A DNA stretch of 64,000 nucleotides from positions 6,769,425 through 6,833,424 of the forward strand of contig CP154954.1 in NCBI GenBank assembly GCA_039621445.1, read 5' to 3'. Under the pieces are notes generated by a model. That model searched no databases. It saw only the letters and a list, made by a program, of their open reading frames with translations, and was not told where the DNA came from. This DNA is from Euglena gracilis (Eukaryota). Below, piece by piece: positions 1 through 10,661 of the stretch (the stretch's first letter is position 1; every line of letters begins with the position of its first letter). Made by a program: the position numbers and the translations under genes.

Positions 1-72
1 CACTTCTGGGTCGGAACACACATGCCTCAATGCAGGTACGTGCTCGAGTGCTTGACTAACTGTCCTGGAAGC

Positions 73-3000
73 ACTTGGCTTCCGTTCCACAGGTCCCTTC
101 GTCATTATGATCAAGGAAATGCTGGAGTATGAGCTGGCCTGGGAGATATTGTAGCACACCGTTTATGTGGGGCCTGGGCGAGATGGTGTTCCGACCTCCC
201 CCACCTGCCGTTTTGTCGCACCCGGGTGGTGTTCTCACAGTTTTGGATATGACAAACAGCATCAACCAATTTGCCCCACTCAAAACCCCTAGGAATTCCA
301 ACCCATGGGAGACCAGCCTAAACTAAACAAAAAATTTGCAAGTGGATTGGTTTTAAGCATGACCTCAAAATCGAATTTGACAATTGGGCTTTAAAACGAC
401 AAACTGTTGAGTATTTGGAGGTTTTTTAATTTTGAGGTGGGATCATTTTCAGGGAATTTTCACGAAATGCCTCGGTTATGAAGGGGCGGACCCCTGGTTT
501 GTTGGATCATCTATACTGGATCGTGGGGCCCCCTCAGCTATCCCCCCCGAGCTATTCCTGGGTTTTATTTGCATTAAGAAACACGATCAACGACGTCCAA
601 CGTTTGGACAATCATTTGCATTTATTCTGAAGCAGCATGGACACACAGTTGTTTGAAAGAAAAAATACACACACACAAATCTGGGTCTGGGGATGTCCAC
701 GGCCCTCAGGCTTCAGGCGGATTGGTCCAACACTGCTATCCCCCAGTCACCGTTTGGACCACTCATTGTTGCCACCAGTCTCAACCCTCTGATTCTCACC
801 TCCCTGTGGGGGGGGCGTTCAACCCCACTCAATCCTCTGGGCCTTTCCCTCTCCCAAGCCAGAGGCAGACATCCGGCGCTTCCTGTCGGTGTACTTTGCG
901 GTGCTGCTTGGCTTCGCGATGTCACTGTATATGCTGACCGAGAACCTCCGGTGACAATGCCCGGCAAGTTCAGACAAATTGAAACCATCCCAACAATGCC
1001 CGCCCGCTCCTGGCTATTCCGGGCAAATCCGGACCATCCGACGATTCGCGACAGCAGCACCGAATGTCGCTTGCCCGGAGGGGCTCGGGGGCGACATACA
1101 GCCAGGACGAGCACGGGCCCGACGCGTTCCTGAAGCACCTCTGCCCAGGGCCCAGGGTCTATGGGGCTGGCAGTGGCCATTGCTTCACAGGGCACCACTT
1201 GAGCCTCTTTTCTGACCCAAAAAAACCCACCACAGGGCACAACGGAGCGTTTGGGCCGGTAAAGGATCAGCAGCCCCATCCCTCACCAGGGAACAGTTGC
1301 ACTCCAGTGTATCCCCTGCAAAGGTACACAACATATTATTCCGAAGTGAAGGAAACGCTAGGTTTTTGGTATGCCACTGATGCCAACAGCTTTTTGATGC
1401 TAAACGCTCTTTGAATGGGATAAACCTCCCTCCTCAAATAAGGCCAACCAAAAAATGAAACAACCCCAAAAACAAACCCCCCCAGTCGATTTTCACCCAA
1501 AATCCATAATTGGACCGAGGATATTCACAGGAAAACCCAAGAATGGACTCCAGTAAAGCTGAGCCAATTTTTGTTGATGGAGAAGGATCCAGCTTTATGG
1601 ACCTCCTATTTTGAGCCTTACCACAGAGTTAATTTTAACCAACGCCCTCAGCAATAACCAAAAGTGGCTCCCTAAAGTTGAAGATAGAGTTGAATTTGAA
1701 GATCCCTTTTGAGATTTTCAGCAACGGGACCAAAATGTAGCCCAAGATCTTATGTTTTTGGGGGGTTGGTCGGAGGAAGGGGTCTTGAGTGCATACCAAC
1801 AATCGCTGTTGTGTGTTGTCGCTGTCGATGCTGTTGTGCCATTGGAAAGCAGAGAAAGATCACCCAAAAACATAAATGTGTCCCGTCAGAAGGGGGATTC
1901 TTATCACAAGGGGGGATAAATATCCACATTTTTTCTTCAATTTCCGCAATTTCCACAATTTCTGCAATTCGGTGCAATTTTCTTGCAATTTCTGCAGTTT
2001 TCCCACAAATTTCCCACAATTTTCCTGCAATTTTTTTCTTTTCCGCAATTCTTCCGAATGAACCTGAAATGCAAGGTAAAATGAGTTCTGGATGGTTACC
2101 GCCACACACATATGCATGTGCGTGCATCGAAACCCGGGTGTCCCTGGCCCACTTTGACCCCTCTCCCCTCCCCCCTCCGCCCTGCTGGCGGCAGTTTGTG
2201 CTGCTTGGGCTGGTCGGCGACTTCCCGTTCGAGGAGTACAGCGAGCGCTTCAGTGGGGCCCGGATGCTACTGCTGGACCTGCTGGTCATGTCGCCCGGGC
2301 TGGGGCCGCCGGTGTCCCCCCCCCCCTGTCGGAGGACAACTTTTCAGGGTGTGACGAGTCTGGGGAAGCTTTTTTTTTTGGACTAAAAAATCCTCCCTTC
2401 GAAAGTCAGAGATTCCGGTTCGTTGGACACACATAGATATTGTAAAAGGTTGGATCCCCCAAAAGCCTCAGTGGGGTGGATGTTGGGCGATGCTGGGGTA
2501 TGGGGGCTGTAGGGGGCGTCAGGGGGCGTCGGGGGGTGTCGGGGTGTTTCAGGGGGTGTGGGAGTTGAAGGGGGTGGGGGTGGGGGGGTGGGGGGATGGG
2601 GGGTGGGGTAATTTTTCCCGAAATTTTTTCTTTTGTATTTTCGGAAGTGCTGGGATCACTCTGGTTACTTGGAGTCAAAAAAAACGCCCCCCCCCCAGTT
2701 TCATTACAGGACGACTGATTTCAGGACGACTTTTCAGGGGGGGAAACATCCATCCTAAAATGAAATTCAAACAACGGGGAAGGGGGAGGCAGGGTTTTTT
2801 GGGGAGGATTCTGGGATGGCGCATCCCCACCCCAGGCACAGGCACATTCTTGCCATCTCCCTTGGAAAAAAATTGCACCCCCATGCACCAGCCAGTGGGG
2901 AGAGGTGTGGTGTGGGGCGAAATTGCTACGTACACCCCCCTCCCCCCGGGAAACTGTCATACCCGAGAAACTGTCAGGTCCCACCCAGGAAACTGCCAGG

Positions 3001-5944
3001 GTCCTTGGTTCCGGCCGACCTGTCAGTATGGGTGATTCGTCAGGTTCCCTGGTACGGGCCGGCCTGTCAGGTGACAGTTTCCCAGGGGGGGGGGGTAGTT
3101 GGGGCCCTTGTTTTTTTTTGTGCAAAATTATTGGAAAGTTTAAGTTTTTGGGTAAAATGGTGGTATATGTTTTTGAGTTGTGATTGGTTATATTCAATTT
3201 GATCAAATTCTTGCAAAAAATGGTCAGAAACAAACTTCTTGTGGTGCATTGGTGTTTTTTTTTGTAAATTTTATTTTCAAAATAAATCTGAAGGACTGAC
3301 AACATTACACAACCCCAGCCTTTTGAACCCCCCCCCCCAAACTTTTCAGAGTCCCACCCGGGAACCTTTCAGAGTCCCCAGCCAACCTATCAGTATTGGA
3401 AGCTTTCAGGGTTTGGTTGCTGTTACGAGCCAAACTGTCAGGTGATAGGTGGGGGGGAGCTATATGAAATTTGATAACCCCCGAGAGTTAGAGGGTTAGA
3501 GGGTGTAGGAAAGGTACACTGTGAAAAAATTACGCGAAAAAACCATGGTATCCCATACTTCTTGTCTCCTGTATTTTTGTCTGGACTGTATCCCGTTATT
3601 TTTGGGGAAGAGGTGCAGACCACCTGACCCATTCCCTCATGGTCAGTGGGATGGGTGATTGGTCAGGTGGGCGATGGTGGTGTGCCTTGTCGGCCCCCGG
3701 CCTGCCGCCGTACATCATCCTGGTGGTCATCCTGCTGCTCAACCTGCTCATCGCCATGATGGGCAACACGTATGCTTGCGTGCAGGAGCAGGCCGAGAAG
3801 CGCTGGTACCTGGAGCGGGCCAACCTCATGGCCAGGGCGACTGGGAGGTTGAAACGCCCCCTGGGAGTAGGGCAACAGCCCAAATCCCTGAATTGATCTT
3901 GACCCTCCACAGTCTTTCCTGTACGTCTCATCTGTGCCAGCCAGATCAAAGTACCACACGTTTCTCCTGTCTTCCTTGTTTCAGTGCGACACTTGTTTCA
4001 TCCTCACCCGGTCCGTCTCCCCCCTTTTCACTGCAGTGCCCACGTGTCATCATTTATCTATTTCCTTCCCCATGATTGCCTCTGTTTAAAGCACCTTTTG
4101 ATTTAAATTCTGTTTGACATGACATGTATAAATTTTACCCCCCCCCCCTATGTCCAACGACCCCCCTATGTCCAATGACCACCCCCCCCGGTCAGAGGAC
4201 ACCTTTTCGGAGGTTTGACCAAATTTTTGGTCCAGGCATGAAGCGCCGGGACGAAAAATTTTGCCCAAAAATTGGCCAAAAATTTGGCCAAAGTGCCATT
4301 TTTGATACTTTTTGGACAAAAATTTGTCAAAATTGCCCAAAATTTTTGGCGCAAAGCGCCGGAAGGGAAAATTTGGGCATTTTTGGGTGGTCAGGGACCC
4401 GGGTACCCACCAACTTTCTTTTGACCCCATGTCCAACGGCCACCCCCCCGGTCAGAGGAGACCTTTTTGGTCACTACCCTATGTCCAACGACCCCCCCCC
4501 CCCCCGGTCAGAGGACAGAGGTTACCGGTCATTGGACATAGGGGGGGGGTAGTCAATGGTCACATCCAAGTTTGCAAAGTTTTTCTCCTGGCAGGAATCT
4601 AGTCCCCACCTGCTGTCTACGCCTACCTTCTGGGCCAGCCGTCATTCTTTCCTGTTCTCTTGGCTAGCACAACTGTTTAGCATAAAAAGGTCGTGGTTGA
4701 TTGTCCCCTGCTGTTGCGCACCCACGTCAGGTCAGCAGCGGTGGCAACGGTGGCTGGCAGAGTGACGATTGGATCCCGCCCCCCTGCAGCGGGCGGCGTA
4801 CGAGTCCGAGCACAGCATGGACGAGATGCAGGAAATCCGGAAGGAATATGCCACCCCGTTCAACCCAGGCTGCTGTGCATCTCCATTGTGGCAGTGTGTG
4901 GAACAGGTGCTATACCATTGATTCCACTCGAGAATACACATGCTGTCACCATATTATTCCACAATTTTTTTTCTCACAGAGCAAGTAGTGCATGGAAAGC
5001 AGATACCAAATTCGGTGTTCCAGACCACCCACCCAGGTTTTTAGGTTTTTTTGATTGGTAAGTTCCCACGGGGTATAAAACCGCACAGCTACACGCACGC
5101 GCGCGCGCGCACACACACACACACACAAACGGGAAGCGGGTCTGGTGGGGAACGTGGTTATTTGTCACATGTGACCAGTGTGATGCATGCAATGTGACAC
5201 ATCACCTGCTCTAAGATCTTTCCGGTCCAAAAAAAACAGACAAGTTAGGTACCACGGATGACAATACCTGAGGGATACCCACTCAGGGGGCGTGGAGTGG
5301 GGGGTGAGACATTCGACACGGGCCGTGGGATTCAGGGCAGGGTTTGATATAAGGAGGGCGTACATGGTTTAGGTGGGGGGTGTCCCCCCCACCCCCCCTC
5401 CTGACCCGCAGGGGGGGGGGTCCGGACCCCCCCCCCCCACCTGCCAGGGGGGTCCGGACCGACCCTGGGGGGTACCCAGGACCCCCCCAAAGGGGTCATT
5501 TTTTTCCTCCGGCGCTTTGCGCCATTTTTTTTTTTGCATTTTTGGCACATTTTTTTGCCCAAAAAGTGCCCAAAATGGCACTTTGGTCGTTTTTTGGGGG
5601 GATCAAAAATTTTCGGCCCGGCGCTTCGTGCCGGGCCGGGAATCGGTCACCCGGACCGCCACTGTTTAGGTGGGGGGGGGGTCCCCCCCACCCCCCCTCC
5701 TGGCCTGCAGGGGGGGGGGGTCCGGACCCCCCCACCTGTCCTTGTATCGAACCCTGATTGAGGGTTGCCTTCCGCCCGCCCGGCCCGCCCAGCGGCGTGC
5801 CGCCGCCAGGCGGACTCCGTGACGAAGCACCTCGAGTTCTGCCTCACCACCACGTCGTGCTCCGAGTCGTGGAAGTTCCGCCGGCCGTCCGCGCAGCGCC
5901 GCCTCAGCGCCGTGCCGCAGTTCTCGATGCTGACCACCCCGTGA
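73..5944 (+). CDS. TRPV-like cation channel, paralog A, 3' part (S4-S5 linker, S5, pore, S6, TRP box, C-terminus); 5' part lies upstream of window
   Basis: Exons ~73-130 ([19 protein letters not shown]), 868-~945 ([24 protein letters not shown]), ~1082-1142 ([12 protein letters not shown]), 2190-2292 ([17 protein letters not shown]), 3710-3829 ([40 protein letters not shown]), 4792-4862, 5805-5944 (ends TTP-TGA). TRPV S5/S6/TRP-box motifs; colinear with paralog B. Confidence 0.9.
2190..2292 (+). CDS. Gene A exon: pore helix and selectivity filter region
   Basis: [31 protein letters not shown]; paralog at 37845-37947. Confidence 0.88.
3710..3829 (+). CDS. Gene A exon: S6 helix and TRP box
   Basis: [39 protein letters not shown]; nearly identical peptide at 39208-39327. 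Confidence 0.93.
4138..4549. mobile_element. TA-TSD MITE (family A, Tc1/mariner-like)
   Basis: TIR (C)nTATGTCCAA / TTGGACATA(G)n flanked by TA; near-identical copies elsewhere in window. Confidence 0.88.
5338..5756. mobile_element. hAT-like MITE (family C)
   Basis: TIR CAGGGTTTGATATAAGGA / TCCTTGTATCGAACCCTG; 8-bp TSD ATTCAGGG/ATTGAGGG; second copy at 19799-20189. Confidence 0.88.
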
Positions 5945-7224
5945 CCCGCGTGACCTGTGGGGATTTGGGACCCAGGGCCCGTTGCCGCTCGCGAGCCATC
6001 GCCAGTGACTATGGCCTCCGGGGGCACGGCCCGCTCATGATTTGTGCCGTTGCTTAGTGGGTGATGACCCAGTGTTTAACGCATGCGAGTCCTGGGGGCT
6101 GATTGACTGGTTTGACTGACCCCCAAAGCATTGGGGGTCAATCAAACCCCCAATCCCTCTCTCGGGGGGATTTGGGAGCAGCCAGAAATACCATAAGTGG
6201 CTCCAAGTCCATTGCTGTTTGGCCATTTAGTCCGTTTGGGGGGTCCGAACTGACCGACTGGTTTTCAAAAAAGTGGCAAATTGTTGTTGTTATTTTTTGG
6301 ACAGTGGAATGCGACCCCATTGGGGTGGGGAAGCCATGGTACAATTGTGACCATTCTCCCGTCACCAGCGTCGTTCTCGTCACTCGCCTCTCTCAAAGTT
6401 CTTCCCCCTTTCTCACTCACATTTCTTTCCTTTCCCCGCTAAGCCGGGCCCCCCTGGGCCAGCTCATGCCCAGGGATCAGCATCCATTGGGCTTCTGCTT
6501 CAGTACGTCTACCACACTTGCAGCCGACGGAACTGTATTCCTGCCAGAAGACAGTGGTATTGCTGACCCCCCTGACCCCCCCCCCCCCCAGCGGGGAGGG
6601 GGGTGGGTGGGTGGGTGGGTCCGGGCCGGACCCCCCCCGGGGGGGGGGGTCCCACGCCGGAGGCGCTGGGTATACCTTTTCGGCGCGAAGCGCCGAAATT
6701 TTTTGAAAATTGCCTTTAACGGCCCCGATTTTGGGGGGGTCCCCACCCCCCCCGGGGGGGGTCCTGCACCACCCTGGGTGGGTGGGGGGGACCCCCCCTC
6801 CCCCCCGGGGTCTTAAAAAGAAGCCTGCCCCTGAAAGGAAATCCTTGTCCTCAGGGCTGAATGGGAATCTGGGACAAGGGTTTTCTTAAGTCGGAGGGGA
6901 CCACACCCCCTGGGGGAGCCAGATCCTTTTTCCAGAAAGCAGCTTCCAGCCCGGGTGCGGACCTCCAACACCTTTTTCCTTCCGTCCCCCGAGGTTGTTT
7001 TCTTTTTTAGAAAACCCCCGATTGGGGACCCTAAGGGTGGTGGGTGTAATGGGTTGTCTTCGTAGCTTCCCACCAAATGAAGCATTTCCCTCCTCCCCCA
7101 GAATTTCAATGTGCAGGGCAGGGCTTCTATTAGGTGCAGCTATGAGCTTCGGGGGTATTTCAGGCTGTTTTCCTCCCATGGGGGTCCAACATTCGGCTCT
7201 CCGACTTGCAATTTTGTCAAAGTG

Positions 7225-7472
7225 CACCCCCCCCCCCTGGGAAACTAAACCTGACCCCCCACTTATAACCCCCCATCTTATAACCCCCCCACTTATAACC
7301 CCCCCCTCGGGCCCAACCACTAAACCGTGACTTATAACCCCCCCCCCCGGGAAGATTTGAGAAACCAAAGAGAACCGCCAAGGCTGTAACCCCCCCATTT
7401 ATACCCCCCCCCCTCGGGGCCATCCACTAAACAGGATCTTATAACCCCCGGGGGGTTATAAGTGAGGGGGGA
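7225..7472. mobile_element. TTATAACCCCC-repeat element fragment (family F)
   Basis: Reverse-complement copy at ~41290-41510. Confidence 0.65.
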
Positions 7473-9187
7473 TTTACCACGCCCGAGAACCTGTCAGGGT
7501 CCCGCCCGGGAAACAGTCAGGGTCCGGCCAACCTGTCAGTATAGGAAGTTGTCAGGGTCCCCGGCACCGGCCAACCTGTCAGGGTCATTTTTCATTGACT
7601 TTCCCTGAATTGACCAACCTGGGAAACTGTCAGAGGGTCTTTGATGCGGGCCAACCTGTCATGATAAGAAGTTGTCAGGGTCCCCGGTACCGGCAGACCT
7701 GTCAGTGACAGTTCCCCAGGGGGGGGGTAATGGTATTCCTATCGTGCTTCTATCCCAGGCGGTTTCTAAGTAAAATACTGGCAGAGGGCTTCGGGGAAAG
7801 GCCAAAATGGCCGCCTCGCAGCTCACGAGACCACATCTACCACATCTATGTCTATATATCATAGCACATATCTACCATATCTATGTCTAAAAAAAAAATC
7901 ATAGCACATGTGTTGCGTGTCGCAGCGTTTGCTGTGTGTGTTTTTGTCTGCACGGGGGAGGACGGCGGTTGTGACCCTCACCTCCCAGAATCCAGTGAAC
8001 GTGGGACATGCATTGGTGGCAAGCAGACAGGAGTCTCTTGTGGTGAATGCTTTGTGATTCTTTGGGTGGGGCGGGAGGGTGCAAATGGTTTAGTAAACAC
8101 CAGCGGTCTTTCAGCCGAACGGAAGCCAAAGCCTGCCGACGGATGTAGACAGGTGGGGTATGGCACGCTTCCCAGCGCCCCACGTCTCCGCAAACTGCAC
8201 ATCATCCTTCTGTTGCTCCCCAGCAACACTGTGAAGGCGCTCACCCATACCCCCTTCCTGCGTTTTTTGAAGGTTCCTGCTGCTTTGCCATGGTATTTGG
8301 ATGCCCCAATTTCGTCTGTTTGCACACGCTCCTTTTGTCCAAGCACACCCCAGGAAGTTCACCTGCAACGATGGTGCGTTCCTCATCCTTTCAGAGTCTC
8401 TGATTGTGATTTGTCAAGAGGAACACATTTCATCAATTTAATATAATTTAATTTTATTTAATTTTGAATTTAATAATTTATTTTATATTTTTTTTAAATT
8501 TATTTCATTTTGTTTTTTTTCTCTTTCAATTTCCCTGTTGCGCAACAGGAAGTCTCAAAGAAAATGAACAGTGGTGGCAGTTTAACGGCAAACATCATCG
8601 TGTTTTGCTGGCCACCTGCCATTTCCCCTGAATCTCTTCCTCCCCAGGGTTCAAGGTTCTGGTGTCAGCTCTTGGTTGTTAATTACATTAGTAAGTTTTA
8701 CTGTAACAATTCCGAAAAAAGCATCCCCACGGAGGCGACACTTCCAGTTTTTGATCTCCGTTGCCAGTCAAGCCCCCTGATACGGGAGGGCCTGGTGGGG
8801 GTGGGTCGACCCCCCCCCACCATAGGGTTTAGGGGATTCCTACCCGCCCCGACTGGACACAACGACACTGTCTAAATACGCTGGTCTGAGAATACTTTTC
8901 AAGTAATATGTTGCTTTGCATTTGTGCTCAACATTTTTCTTTCGACTGGGAGAAGCTGAATTAGTCGACCTTGTTCAGATTTTCACTTCAGGGGCTGTTG
9001 ACAAAGAGATGCCAACTGACGAAGATGACCCCCCGCCGGTCCCGTGGTCCGGGCCTCATCTCCCCCCCCCCCCCCGGAAACCTGCTGTGAAAATCCGGGA
9101 AAAATATCCCCGCTGGCTGGGAGGTGCGCGTTATGTTCGAAGACCCCTGGACTGCCCCTGGGGGGTGGTCCCGGGCCGGGGGGGTTA

Positions 9188-9896
9188 CCGTAGGAGGAGG
9201 TTCGATCTCGAACGTTCGAGCTCGAACCTCCTCGAACGTTTCTAAGCCCCCCCTTCAAGGGGGGGCTTAAAAATGTTCGAGGACCCTCGAACGACCTCGA
9301 ACAACATTCGAGGAAGGTCTCGAACCTCCTTGAACGACCTCGAACGTCGTTCGAGGAGGGTCTCAAACCTCTCGAATGACCTCGAATGACGTTCGAGGAG
9401 GGTCTAGAACCTCTCGAACGTCGTCGAACGACACTCGAGGAGGGACCTCAAACCTCCTCGAACGACCTCGAACTACATCTCGACCCTCCTCCTACGTACA
9501 TGCATACAGCTTTCAACACCAACATTCCCGTAATCCTTTTAGGTTTAGAAAAATATTTTTCCTTACGCAGTAATGCACTCATTCAAAAGTATTTTATTCA
9601 AAAATATTCCCATACCAAGAGAATTTCTGAGGTTATTAGAAAGAATAGGGTTAGAGTTAAGATTTCATCCCCAATGGTTTGCAACCATCCTGCTCATCGT
9701 TGCTCATTTCCCTCTACAGGGTACACAGCGAACCCAAAGAGTCGCCCATGGGGGGACCCGAGCGAGGCGCCGAAGGCGCCGAGGGGAGGGTCTCGAACGT
9801 CCTCGAACGACCTCGAACGACATTCGAGGAGGGTCTCGAACCTTCTTGAATGTCGTTCGAGGAGGTTCGAGGAGGTTCGAGACCCTCCTCCTACGG
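9188..9896. mobile_element. TCGA-rich TIR element (family E): palindromic arms around an AT-rich core
   Basis: CCGTAGGAGGAGG ... CCTCCTCCTACGG after TA; homologous composite at 39623-40647. Confidence 0.7.
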
Positions 9897-9907
9897 ACCC
9901 TCCCACT

Positions 9908-10325
9908 CCCCCCCCCCCCCCGTATGTCCAATGACCCGCCTATGTCCAATGACCACCCCCCCGGTCAGAGGACACCTTTTCGGAGGTTTGACCAAATTTT
10001 TGGTCCCGGCGAGAAGCGACGGGACGAAAAACTTTGCTCAAGAATTAGCCAAAAATTTGGCCAAAAGGCCATTTTTGGCACTTTCTGGACAAAAATTTGT
10101 CAAAATTGCCCAAAATTTTCGGCGCGAAGCTCCGGAAGGGAAAATCTGGGCATTTTTGGGTGGGTAGGGACCCGGGTACCCACCAACTTTCTTTTGACCC
10201 CATGTCCAACGACCACCCCCCCCCCCCGGCCAGAGGACACCTTTTTGGTCACTACCCTATGTCCAACGACCACCCCCCCGGCCAGAGGACAGAGGTTACC
10301 GGTCATTGGACATAGGGGGGGGGGG
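9908..10325. mobile_element. TA-TSD MITE (family A)
   Basis: Same TIRs and interior as 4138-4549. Confidence 0.85.
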
Positions 10326-10544
10326 TACTGTAACCCTCCCGTCCCGGGCCGGAGGCCCCGGTATGGGTTCCGCACGATGCGCCGAAAAACTTTTTTTTAG
10401 GAAATGCCCTCAGACGGGGAGGGGGGTCCCGCGTCGGGCTGGGAGGGGGGACCCCCCCTCTCCCCCGGAGGCCGTAAAAAGAAGCTTGGGCGGCCCAGGG
10501 CGGCGCGCCAGCGATCTGGGGCTTCGGCCACCCCCGGCCCGGAG

Positions 10545-10613
10545 GCCGTCCGTCGTTCCCCTCACAGGCCTCAGCCCCGCAGCCGTGTGCCCCGCCCCTG
10601 GACTTCTCCCCGC
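10545..10613 (+). promoter_or_regulatory. Candidate spliced-leader trans-splice acceptor (CAG ending 10567) and 5' UTR of gene B
   Basis: Pyrimidine-rich run then CAG ~46 nt before the ATG; shares CAGCCCCG and GCATGGC with the gene C upstream region. Inference. Confidence 0.45.
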
Positions 10614-10661
10614 ATGGCAGACTGTGGCTTGGGGGACGACCCCCCAGGGCCGCTAGCCCCA
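10614..10661 (+). CDS. Gene B probable first coding exon
   Basis: MADCGLGDDPPGPLAP joins in phase 0 to EVEAWLG at 11341; aligns with gene [22 protein letters not shown]. Confidence 0.7.
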
